Assembly: GCA_030141605.1 (NCBI GenBank)
Contig: JAQGDQ010001831.1
Location: 1-23,809, forward strand
Direction: 5' to 3'
Origin: Tubiluchus corallicola
Lineage: Eukaryota; Animalia; Priapulida
Length of the DNA stretch: 23,809 nucleotides
The position numbers were made by a program, and so were the translations under genes. Shown piece after piece: positions 10,883 to 21,400 of the stretch; positions within the stretch are counted from its first letter, which is position 1, and each line of letters starts with the position of its first letter. Under the pieces are notes generated by a model, which did no database searches, was not told the DNA's origin, and was given only the letters and a program-made list of their open reading frames with translations.

Positions 10883-12629
10883 CTGAAAAGTGAAAACAAT
10901 GCAAGCTCATCTAGTTTATCATAATATAAACGCAAGAGTATAAAGAAACTTCATTCTTTTTCCTTATGCACAGTTCACAAGTCAAATACTACAAAAGCTC
11001 AAAGTTCAAATCCGACATTCAAATGTTACTTTAACTGTACATTTTCCATATCACGGCCATATTACGTTGCAACTACCTCGTCTGATCACCGAAGTTAAGC
11101 AACGTAGAACCTGGTTAGTACTTGGATGGGTGACCGCCTAGGAATACCAGGTGCTGTAGGCTTGCGGGATGCCCACACTGTATCTCGACACTAGGCGGAG
11201 GAGCTGCACAAGCAGCCTACGGCTAGAGGGCGGAGGAGGCCAAGTGACCCAACGGCCATGTGTAAAGGAGTGAACCTTCCAAATCAGGAGTGGAGCCCCG
11301 AAGGTGGACCAGTGCAGCATGCTCACTGACTCTGGCCGCTCCTGCAGCCAACCTGGTATCAAACGTATCGCTCCGCTTTCCTTTGGACTACACCAGGTAG
11401 GAAGAGAGGGGGTTCCTGTTGTTTGGGCAACTCAGGATCTCCATACACCTTGTATACCAGGCATGCGGACTGGAGAGGTTCAAGGACAGAAGGATGCCAA
11501 CAATAAACATTTTTCCATTCTTTATCATCGTTATTTTATAACTAATGCCTTTCAGAAAGGCAAATAACTGAGTGTTTTAATAAACATGCTTGATTTCTTA
11601 ACAGTCAGGGGTAAACAAAATGGCTTCATCTAGTAGTCCACACTCTGCAGTCAACATAAGCATTTAAAGTTCAAGCTTTAAACAGTGTGCCACTCATAGC
11701 AAAAACATGGCTTCATCTAGTAGTCCACACTCTGTAGTCAACATATGCATTTAAATCTTCAAGCTTTAAACAGTGTGCCACTCGTAGCAAAAGCAGCTTG
11801 GTGTGCACTAAAACTACATAACAAAGGTAAAATTTCAAGACAATTTTTTTGAGCTAAATATCAAAAAATCACTCATCTTGTCCTTTAAATGGTAATGTCA
11901 CTAATGTGAGCCATGACATTTTAATTTCAGGGACATTTTTAAGTCTGCACTCTACCTAACACGCATCATTTCCCAGAACTCAAAAGAAGTCGAAAGTGAA
12001 GATATTTAAATATTTCTAAAAACTATCCTCACTCAGTAAAACCCCAACTAACCAACCGAAATACCATGCACTTATGTTACATGATGGCTCACACATACAA
12101 GATAACACGAACCGAGCAGTGAATGTGTAGTTGGGTTAAGAGTTTAGGTGCAGCAAATGGTTATTCTGCATCTCATGTATGAAGTGCCTATGGCCTATAA
12201 TCACTGCTCTCACAGCATAAAATTTGGCTTAGACTAAATATTACCAAGCAAAACAGCAAAAGAAATTTTCCATGTCACATTGTTATTGGTCGAGTCAAAA
12301 ATACGAGTTTCAGATCAAATTTTTCTGTTGATACAGAACAGTGAACCAGTCAAATATTAATTTCTAATTAAATTACCTTAATAACAAGCCTGTCTATAGC
12401 ACGAATATCTGATACATTCCTGTTTTCCAGGAAGATTTCCCTCAGGCGTCGGCGCATCTGCACCACCGTTGCAGGAATCTGGTATTCCAAATCTGTAAAA
12501 AAAACAATTCTATCAGTTCTACAGAACTTTACATTTACGAAGTTAATGATGTAAGACAAACCATAAATTGCCACTTCATCCATACAGATATCAGAAAATT
12601 TTCTATTAAATATCACAGCCCTCTTATAT

Positions 12630-12669
<40 letters not shown>

Positions 12670-13942
12670 TTATATATATATATATATATATGTAAAGATC
12701 CTAAAGATTCAAAATAATTTTTTTATGTTTTGATTTAAAAACTTTACAAATTTCAATTAATATCCAATCAAATATTGTTCCATATATAGGATATAAGGAT
12801 ATATATATATATATCCTATATATGGAACAATATTTGATTGGATATTAAATCAATGAAATTTGTAAAGTTTTCAAATCAAAACATAAAAAAATTATTTTGA
12901 ATCTTTAGGATCTTTATATTTAAAAACATGATCTCCTAGAGCAAGTTTTTAACTTTGGAGCCTCACTAAACATTTATGCTATTAGATGTATTAAGGAAGT
13001 GGATATTGCTCCGATGATCGGAACCACGTTTCCGATGGATAAATTTCTGATAATCGCATATGGGATTAGCCAGTTTTCCAAACGGTACCGCCAGTGTTCC
13101 AAAAACTTAGTTTAAGTGTAGCGGATATCTATGAGAAAAACTTGAATACAAAAACATGAAAAATGAAATTTTTAACATGGAAAACATTATTAACATTATT
13201 TATAAGTTTTCTAGCAGGTGGTGGAACCAACGATACGATCTGGAAGATAGTGTCAGTGTTCATCTTTGTACGATGGATAGTGTCTGGTTCTCTCAAAAAT
13301 CCAAGCATCTTGTTGCCATTGCGGAAGTCTAGGATCAATGTATTTTTCTGGATGACTGGCCCAGACTCGATCTAATCGAGCTTTAAATTGAGAAACTGAA
13401 GCACTCACTACATATTCAGGACGCTTGTTCCAGGCATTTACAACACGAGCTGCAAAAAAAATTTATCTGCTTCCCCATTTTGAAACAGATTTCTTATTGA
13501 TTTTAAGTGAATGTCCTCTTGTCCTATGATGTCTATCCAGTCAATACCCTTCACTTCAGGATTCTAAATGTCTGAATCATATTCCGCCTGTCTTCTGTAT
13601 TTGAGTGTATTTAAACTTTTAGCAATCGGAAAACCTCGTTAAAGCAATATTTTCAAAAGAATGCTGACTTCCAGTACGGTACCTTATATTTTAAACTGCT
13701 ATATACTGTACTATTAATTTATGATGTTTGGACAATTGGAAATAAACTATCTGTACCATTATAGCCATATTACTTATTAGTCTTAAAACAGGTCGATAGC
13801 CAGACAACTTACAAACGTATGGAATTTCTCGGTACCATGCTTTATACAACTTTAATACTCTAGATCTTGCTTCTTTGCTGTCCTTTGATAAAATCGGCTT
13901 TACACGTTCACTAACTTTCGTTGCAACTCTCTTAGTAGCCAT
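10754..13942 (-). CDS. NDUFA6: NADH:ubiquinone oxidoreductase subunit A6 (B14, LYR-family), complete, 124 aa; join(13813..13942,12377..12492,10754..10882)
   Basis: Splices to MATKRVATKVSERVKPILSKDSKEARSRVLKLYKAWYREIPYVYLEYQIPATVVQMRRRLREIFLENRNVSDIRAIDRLVIKGQMELREVREKFMTNSHIMRYFKESIEPRPTDFMSKFYRGQE*. The VKPILS, LYKAWYR (LYR-type), IDRLVIKG and RPTDFMSKFY motifs are typical of NDUFA6. Confidence 0.97.
11050..11506 (+). mobile_element. 5S rRNA-derived SINE, copy 2, with ~11-bp TSD
   Basis: 5S head at 11053-11163, shared body, tail GACAGAAGGATGCCAACAA; flanked by ACATTTTCCAT (11039-11049) and ACATTTTTCCAT (11507-11518). Confidence 0.9.
11053..11163 (+). pseudogene. 5S rRNA-derived SINE head with Pol III internal control region
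   Basis: CTCGTCTGATCACCGAAGTTAAGCAACGTAGAACCTGGTTAGTACTTGGATGGGTGACCGCCTAGGAATACCAGGTGCTGTAGGCTT contains box A, the intermediate element and box C. The 5' part has a small deletion. Confidence 0.9.
11620..11792. repeat. Tandem duplication, 2 x ~87 bp
   Basis: ATGGCTTCATCTAGTAGTCCACACTCTG...AAACAGTGTGCCACTC begins at 11620 and 11707. Confidence 0.93.
12377..12492 (-). CDS. NDUFA6: NDUFA6 exon 2
   Basis: ttacag acceptor; LEYQIP...DIRAIDRLVIK; donor GTAATT. Confidence 0.95.
12625..12691. repeat. (TA)n microsatellite, interrupted
   Basis: Read directly from the sequence. Confidence 0.95.
12693..12916. repeat. Foldback palindrome, ~105-bp arms around a (TA)n centre
   Basis: TAAAGATCCTAAAGATTCAAAATAATTTTTTTATGTTTTGATTT... 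is mirrored by ...AAATCAAAACATAAAAAAATTATTTTGAATCTTTAGGATCTTTA. Confidence 0.95.
13260..13625 (-). mobile_element. Degenerate CR1-group LINE, ORF2 C-terminal fragment
   Basis: With frameshifts, the minus strand reads SLNTLKYRR..MIQTFRILK..RTRGHSLKI..FFAARVVNAWNKRPEYVVSASVSQFKARLD, the conserved CR1 ORF2 end. Boundaries approximate. Confidence 0.85.
13813..13942 (-). CDS. NDUFA6: NDUFA6 exon 1
   Basis: ATG at 13942 through REIPYV; donor GTAAGT; phase 1. Confidence 0.95.
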
Positions 13943-15148
13943 TTTTATGAGCCAAATTAACTATAAATTGACAAACTAGATGGCACCAGTAGGTAAAACA
14001 GCAGAAACTTGCGCAGCGGACAACACGTGTTATTATATCAGCTTTATCACCCAGAAAAATACCAAGTACATCAAAATCACCCAGAAAAATACATTGATCC
14101 TAACTTCGTTCTTGGGAGCAGCTATGACATGAAGTCCTCCACTGGTGGCGTCTTCACAAATTTCTAGTTTTTTTTTTACAGTGCGCTCGGAAACGTAAAG
14201 GGCTCAATAGCAAAACGTACCTATTTCTCATGAGTTAAGCTGAGTTCTTATGGATTATGGATTATTTATTTATATATCATTCTTTTTTACCATTTTTTTG
14301 AAATTAACCAGCTACCCCTTTTTACGATTTTGATCTGACTGTGTTTGTATGAATAATTTTGAATGTGGTGTAGGGTGTCTCGCCTCTGCCTCGAAGTGCT
14401 TGGGGATGTCACTACCATTTTTATTATGCACCACTGTAAACTATTTTTATTTGCACTGGAGCAAGTTTCACCCCAGCACGACGTGCATAAGCTGAAAGCA
14501 AAGCCATGTGTTAGAGTTTTCAATTTAATGAAGTTAACGCATTATCACGAAGAAGAAAAACTGGATTGTCAATAATTAATATAACAATGAATATTCACAT
14601 TTAAAATCATTAAAACGTGACTAAAATATGAACAAAATGTAGTCCTGTTGACCGCCGACACTTATAAGAATAGACTCTCACTTGAGTTTTTCACTTGTTA
14701 ACAAATTTTTTCCATTCAAATTTACACACTATCAGTGTCACAGTAAGAAAATGTAACAATAAATGGTTTGCTAAATTGCTTATAAGTCATTAAAGCATGC
14801 TGCATAATGTCTAAGCTATAATTAAGTTAAGTTAAGATTAAATAAATAAATAAATTAGATTAAATAACAAATATTTTCAAAAATGCATGATTAATTATCA
14901 TAACTCATATCAGCCTAATTATCAAGTGATTGATTTTGGAAAATATTAGTAATATAGTTTCTCCTAATATATAGTAACATAATATATCATAACACGTCTA
15001 GTAATGCATGTTCAACACGTTTTTGGTTGCCGGAAGCTATAAATAAGGACACTATTAAGAATCATTGGCAGCTGCTTGATTCATTATTAACACATTCACC
15101 ACTTAGTTAATTAATGCATACCGTGGTTGCTTAGTTGCTTTCCTTGCC

Positions 15149-15387
15149 TGACGTCAGACCAAATTGCACTTTTGCAGAGACTGCTTCATCTGTAGCAAGA
15201 AAACAAAATGCCTAGCAACAACGTGATCATTTTCGCAATATTTTCCAGTTTTTAGCGTTTTTCTTTTTGACAAAAAATGACGTTTCAACGTGGTTTTGTC
15301 ACTTAGCGAGTGAACTTTGACTGAAATCATTGTCCATATGTCCATTGTCCAGTGTGTGCACGTGGAATATCAGATTACCGTGACAAC
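15149..15387 (+). promoter_or_regulatory. Candidate proximal promoter motifs of the LRR gene (CRE, RFX X-box-like sites, E-box)
   Basis: TGACGTCA at 15149-15156, TGCCTAGCAAC at 15209-15219, CACGTG at 15359-15364 and ATTACCGTGACAAC at 15374-15387, all within 300 bp upstream of the ATG. Motif match only. Confidence 0.4.
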
Positions 15388-15442
15388 AATTAGTGGAGAG
15401 GTGTTTTGCAACAGTTTTTTTATATGTTAGAAATACTTAAGA

Positions 15443-15468
15443 ATGGATGTTGTTGCTAATCAACAGAA
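15443..15468 (+). CDS. LRR gene, putative first coding exon
   Basis: ATG MDVVANQQ + AA, donor GTAAGA; phase 2 matches the next exon's open frame. Confidence 0.7.
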
Positions 15469-18400
15469 GTAAGAAAATGGCCTTTTTATTTTATAAAATG
15501 ATAATTTTTTTTTAATTGTTGTACTCAGTTTTATAATAAATTATAACAGTTTTAATTATTTAAATTTAATTTCATTAATATTGTAGCTAAAAGTACAATT
15601 TAACACATGTGGCAGTAACTGTTTCTAAGGTCAATAATGTTTATGTTTTTGAATAAATTTGTGACCTTGAGATTTTCTATTTTTGCCGTTTTGCCAGCAT
15701 TCCTAAAATCTTATTTTTCTTGTTGTTTAGATCTGGACATTCTGGAACGCCACGAACAAAGCTGCCTGTTCTGTCGACAAGAAGTCGGTACATGACAAAT
15801 GATAATGAAAGCAATTCACCAAATAACGACGTAAAAGAGACACCAAATGATAAGCAAGTAGACGGTAACGTCAATGCAAATGATAACAATGAAGAAAATA
15901 TATCGCAAAATGCCGTCCTCAAAACCAGAGAAACGAAAAAACAAAATATTCCTGAACTTGGGAAATCAACCCAGAAAGTGGGAAGTGGCAATCAGAACAA
16001 AAAAGATGCGAATGGAGATAACGAATCTGTTGATGTTAAACGAAAGAATGATCTTAATAAAACTTACTCTGAACCAAAAAAACGTAATTCGACAGTCGTG
16101 AACAGCAAACCTGAAAGAAAGGGTTCTTTACAGTCTGACAATGGCCGACGGACAATGACATCTGGCAGACGTGCTCCGTCACGTCTACCTGTCGCCATGC
16201 AGAAGTTGAAGCGGAATCGGTCGAGCGATAACGTCACAAACAAGTTGCGAAACAAGATGTCCGATCAGAGACCGAGCATGAAGGAGACGTATTCTGTGGA
16301 CGACCTTCTCCGTGCCGATGAAGACGAGGAGAAGCAAAGACTGTTGTCAATTGGTTCTGACTCAGATTCAACCTTTGCTTCAGGACAAGGTAACTGTAGT
16401 TACTTTAATGCGCAGTTCCGTACTCTGTGATACCCGGTGTTCAGCGCTTAATCAGGGGCGTGTCAGGGAAGATGGTGATGGCAGATTGGCCCATTCTGGC
16501 TCATTATCAAGGTTAAATCTCTATAACAGGACACTGAACCACAGAAGCGCATTATCGTCCAGGTAATACAATCAACCTCGGGTATAAGGGACACTCGTTT
16601 ACAAGGGACCACCAACACCGGTACCGATTTTCGTAACATGTTTCCTATCTAAAAATCTTCATATATAAGGTACTCGGATATAGGGGACTTTCGGATGTAA
16701 GGGAAGTTATCTTCGAGTCCCGCATAATAGAAACTCAGGCAAATTACCTCGCAAATGAGCAACCCTATGATCAAAGCGAAATTGGTCGATTTTTAAACAG
16801 CGTTCAAACTCAGCCTACGAACAACTCTGTTTCCCCGGTCACATACATCTCTGATCACTGAAGGAGCTTCCTACATACCGTTTGCACGGAATGTGTAGCA
16901 ATAATCCATAAAAATACGGGTAAAAGTACAGAAAAGTACAGGTCTAGATACACCCTCGGTCTGACTCAACTTTGGCTATACGGGACATCGGATATAAGAG
17001 ACAGTTTTTTTTCTGGTCCAGAGGTCTCCCTTATATCCGAGGTTGACTGTAGTCGGAAATAGTGTTGCAGATATATGAAAAGTAGTTATAACTGTGGTCA
17101 CATATTTATTTTCTAGCCAGGTCCAGCATTATTTAACTGTACTGGTAAGCACACGTACTTTACCCCCTCGGCCATTCTTTTCACCCGAGGAGATTGGAAC
17201 GATAACGTCAATAAAGAATTTATTATTTGACATTTCTCTTGTAGGTCAAGACTACCAACCGGATCGTGATTTTTATTTACAAATATGTGAAGATCTAGGA
17301 CTGACTCCACTGCGATACTTTGCTAGAAACGTAGGTCACCCAGACAAGACAGATTTGAAGATTCGTGGCTATAGCTTGGGCGCCTTGGGTTTGCTGCCGA
17401 TAGCACGTACACTCATGGTATATAAACAACATTACCTAGTATACCTTTTGTATATTCTAGTCTGCTGCTTCTGCTTCTAGAACGACCATTTTTTAATACT
17501 TCATTGCTTAGTAGCAATGCTTCTAGAAACTTATATTAAATGATTGTGGCATGACTAGCATCTATGTAATTATAAAGGACGATCCTCTGAGAGGATACAC
17601 TAGACAGAAAGACATGTTTTACTCTGTTCAGATGTGTATGCATCGTCTTCATTAAACAGTAAAGCTAAAAATGTGCTTTTTAAATTCCGCAGCCGTAATA
17701 TCGTAAACAACAAATTAAGGAAGAAATGGTTTTATACTGTACAATAAAGATCATTTTTGTGTTCTCTCATACTGATGAAAATTGTCAAAATGTCTCTGAT
17801 AGTACTTTATTATTGTACTGTGTAAAGGCTGCTAAATCAGTTTTTTTTAAAGCTAAACACATCATGACAAATGAAACTGCCCGAAGCTGCTTGTTAGCCT
17901 CTGGTCTCCTTCTGTACAGCTGTTCGCATTTGTTTCTAACCTTTAACTGTACTTTTGTAGTTAAACAAAACTGTAACTGCCTTGTACTTGGAGGGGAATA
18001 CTCTTGGAGAAAGAGGTGGACAGTACCTTGCTTCTCTTCTTGAAACGAACACGTTGCTGCGAACTATGGTATGAAATTTTTGATAGAAATTTATATTCCT
18101 TGTTAATAATACAAGTATTTTCTTTTTTACAATATTTGTTTGTCTAGTCACTGAAAAGTAATGAAAGGGGCTGTGTGTGGCTGCTCAAAGAAATGGAATC
18201 ACATGCAGCTAATTATAGGACACAATGTAAATTGTATGTAATTAGTGCATATATAGGTACAGTTAGTTCTCGCTTAATGACTCCTCATTTAACGAGGCTG
18301 ATCTTTTGACGCCTTTTATTCACTTAGTGACGCATGTTTCACTTTAACGACTATTTTTCAGCCAACAAGCTCTGAAATTTTGATCTTTTGATGCCTTTTA

Positions 18401-21400
18401 TTCACTTAGTGACGTGTGTTTCACTTTAATGACTATTTTTCAGCCAACAAGCACTGAAATTTTGATCTTTTGATGCCTTTTATTCACTTAGTGATGTGTG
18501 TTTCACTTTAACGACGATTTTTTCAGCCAACAAGCACTGAAATTTTGATCTTTTGACGCCTTTTATTCACTTAGTGACGCGTGTTTCACTTTAATGACTA
18601 TTTTTCAGCCAACAAGCACTGAAATTTTGATCTTTTGATGCCTTTTATTCACTTAGTGACGTGTGTTTCACTTTAACGACTATTTTTCAGCCAACAAGCA
18701 CTGAAATTTTGTTTACTGCACTATATGAATAAGCCCTATTAAGAGATATCACCTTAGTAATAATTTGCCTTACTTAGCAGTCAGAGGCTGGCAACAGAGG
18801 CTGGATTCATTGCTGACCACTGGCTAATTTCTACCACTCTCTCCCATGTGGGGAAAGATGAAATTCCTCTGATAAAAATCTCTCGCGTTACATTACTGGG
18901 TTAATTATAGCTGCATTCACCTCTTTTGCATGTATGTTGTCGGAAAAGCATCAATGTTAGAAGTATTTCGCGGGCAGGTTAAGCAGAAATGGTTAGTGTT
19001 AAACATCTGCATGAAGTTTCGATGTAGTATTGATGCTGGATTTGAAATTTTTTGTGAAAATAACCCTCATAGGGAACGAAATTCAGAAGTGAAACGAGAT
19101 GACGTTAGAAACAGAAAGATACATTTATGCAACAAAGAAAATGTACGTTTCAAATTTGAATTTTCCTTTAACATTACATTTTGCTTTAACGCATTAGTGT
19201 CCTTAAAGGAAAACCGGATGATTGTGTAAATACGAGTTCAGAATAAAGAATGCTGTAAAACATTGAAAACTACAATAGCTTTTTTTAAATCAAAGCTTAG
19301 ATTAAATAATAATTACCTCGGATACTCAAATGTTGTTTAACTTTCAAAGCTACGCGCGGCTCAGTGAATGTACTAAGATTGGCAGCGGCGCCTTTTTGTC
19401 ACATTCGCGTTGCCAACAAATAGAAGGCGGTACCGTGATAACCATGATCATGAACTGCAGTGTTAGTTTCTGACATCATATGATGTAGAGCCCATTTTCG
19501 TGACATCACGCATTTAAGCAGTAACACTTACGCAAGCGTTTGATGCGCAAGGGAATATGCCAGGCATTGCTCAAACTGTGGTTAGTTTCTGACGTGAGCA
19601 ATAGCTGTGTTCGGTTGCCGTTAATTAACTTCTAAGCTAATTATTCAAATATAAGAAACAATTGTTAACTTTATAGGCAAGAAAATGTATATTTTGCACA
19701 GTAAATTAAAATGAGATTGAGTGTAAACAATTGTCCGGTCTTCCGTTAAGCAACGACTTACTGTAGTACTAAACTCTCTTGTTTCACAGTGCATTGCAGA
19801 GAACAATCTAGGAGATGAAGGGGGCAGGGCTATTGCTAACGCATTGGTTATCAATTTCTCACTGCAAACTTTGGACTTGTCGGGAAATAATTTGAGTGAT
19901 AAACTTGCAAGGGACATGGCAGAAGCACTTCGGGTACGCTGTATAATGACGAGTAAACTCATCATTTAGTAATCAACATTAAATAAGCAGTTTTTAACTT
20001 TGTTCTCACGAAGCTCTTCAGATAGCTGTATAATGACGTGTAAACTCATCAATTAGTTATCAACATTAAATAAACAATTTTTAACTTTGTTTACACGTCA
20101 AATGTCACAATTTTAGTCTGATGTCAGTAGCATTCACACTATCATATGTTGGACTTATTTTCTCTATTTTTTAATCTCACTTACATATATTGACTTTTTC
20201 AATTCTGAAATGCTCAACCTACTCTGACAAATGAGCTTTATAAATAATTCTGTTTTTTGGATTTGAATAAGAAGTCGGCTACAACGTATACGGATCTAAC
20301 TTTAAGAGCATCGTCAGTTAAATCCATTTTCATACGTATTAGAAATCTTACAAGAGCCCACGAAAGTACTTTAGGCTCCTTTAAAAAATGACAGCAAGAA
20401 TGACAACAACAACAGCAGTGACAGCAAGAATGACAACAACAACAGCAGTGACAGCAATAACAACAACAGCAAACAGAATAGCAAGAATGACAACAACAGC
20501 AGTGACAGCAATAACAACAACAGCAGCAACAGCAAACAGAATAGCAAGAATGACAACAACAACAGCACGACAGCAATAACAACAACAGCAAACAGAATAG
20601 CAAGAATGACAACAACAACAGTGACAGCAATAACAACAACAGCAAACAGAATAGCAAGAATGACAACAACAACAGCAATGACAGCAACAACAACAACAGC
20701 AAACAGAATAGCAAGAATGACAACAACAACAGCACGACAGCAATAACAACAACCTCAAACAGAATAGCAAGAATGACAACAACAACAACAGCAGTGACAG
20801 CAATAACAACAACAGCAAACAGAATAGCAAGAATGACAACAACAACAGTGACAGCAATAACAACAACCTCAAACAGAATAGCAAGAATGACAACAACAAC
20901 AACAGCAGTGACAACAACAGCAACAAGAGCAAACAGAATAGCAAGAATGACAACAACAACAGCAGTGACAGCAATAACAACAACAGCAAACAGAATAGCA
21001 AGAATGACAACAACAACAGTGACAGCAATAACAACAACAGCAAACAGAATAGCAAGAATGACAACAACAACAACAGTGACAGCAATAACAACAACAGCAA
21101 ACAGAATAGCAAGAATGACAACAACAACAGTGACAGCAATAACAACAACAGCAAACAGAATAGCAAGAATGACAACAACAACAGTGACAGCAATAACAAC
21201 AACAGCAAACAGAATAGCAAGAATGACAACAACAACAGTGTCAACAATAACAACAACAGCAAACAGAATAGCAAGAATGACAACAACAACAACAGTGACA
21301 GCAATAACAACAACAGCAAACAGAATAGCAAGAATGACAACAACAACAACAGTGACAGCAATAACAACAACAGCAAACAGAATAGCAAGAATGACAACAA

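Noticed and set aside
4850-11163. Two functional 5S rRNA genes
   Set aside because: Each has an internal deletion, lacks an oligo-T terminator, and is fused to a shared body and retroposon tail, so they are SINE heads.
12986-13375. Possible nested plus-strand two-exon ORF, and the 70-aa signal-peptide-like ORF at 13163
   Set aside because: No recognisable domain, and the second part overlaps the antisense of the CR1 3' region.
14179-14436. TA-CAGTG...CACTG-TA possible Tc1-type MITE
   Set aside because: Only 5 bp of inverted repeat and no second copy in the window.
16416-16562. Possible cassette exon ending at a strong CAG/GTAATA donor
   Set aside because: Frame-preserving acceptors lead to an in-frame TAA, and the others shift the frame.
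17772-17878. CTGATGA...GAAA hammerhead ribozyme-like core
   Set aside because: The spacer is about 90 nt, stem II closure is poor, and there are no convincing stems I and III. Expected by chance in AT-rich DNA.
18780-19625. GC-richer intronic stretch that may be a decayed DNA transposon
   Set aside because: No matching TIR pair, TSD or second copy could be established by eye.
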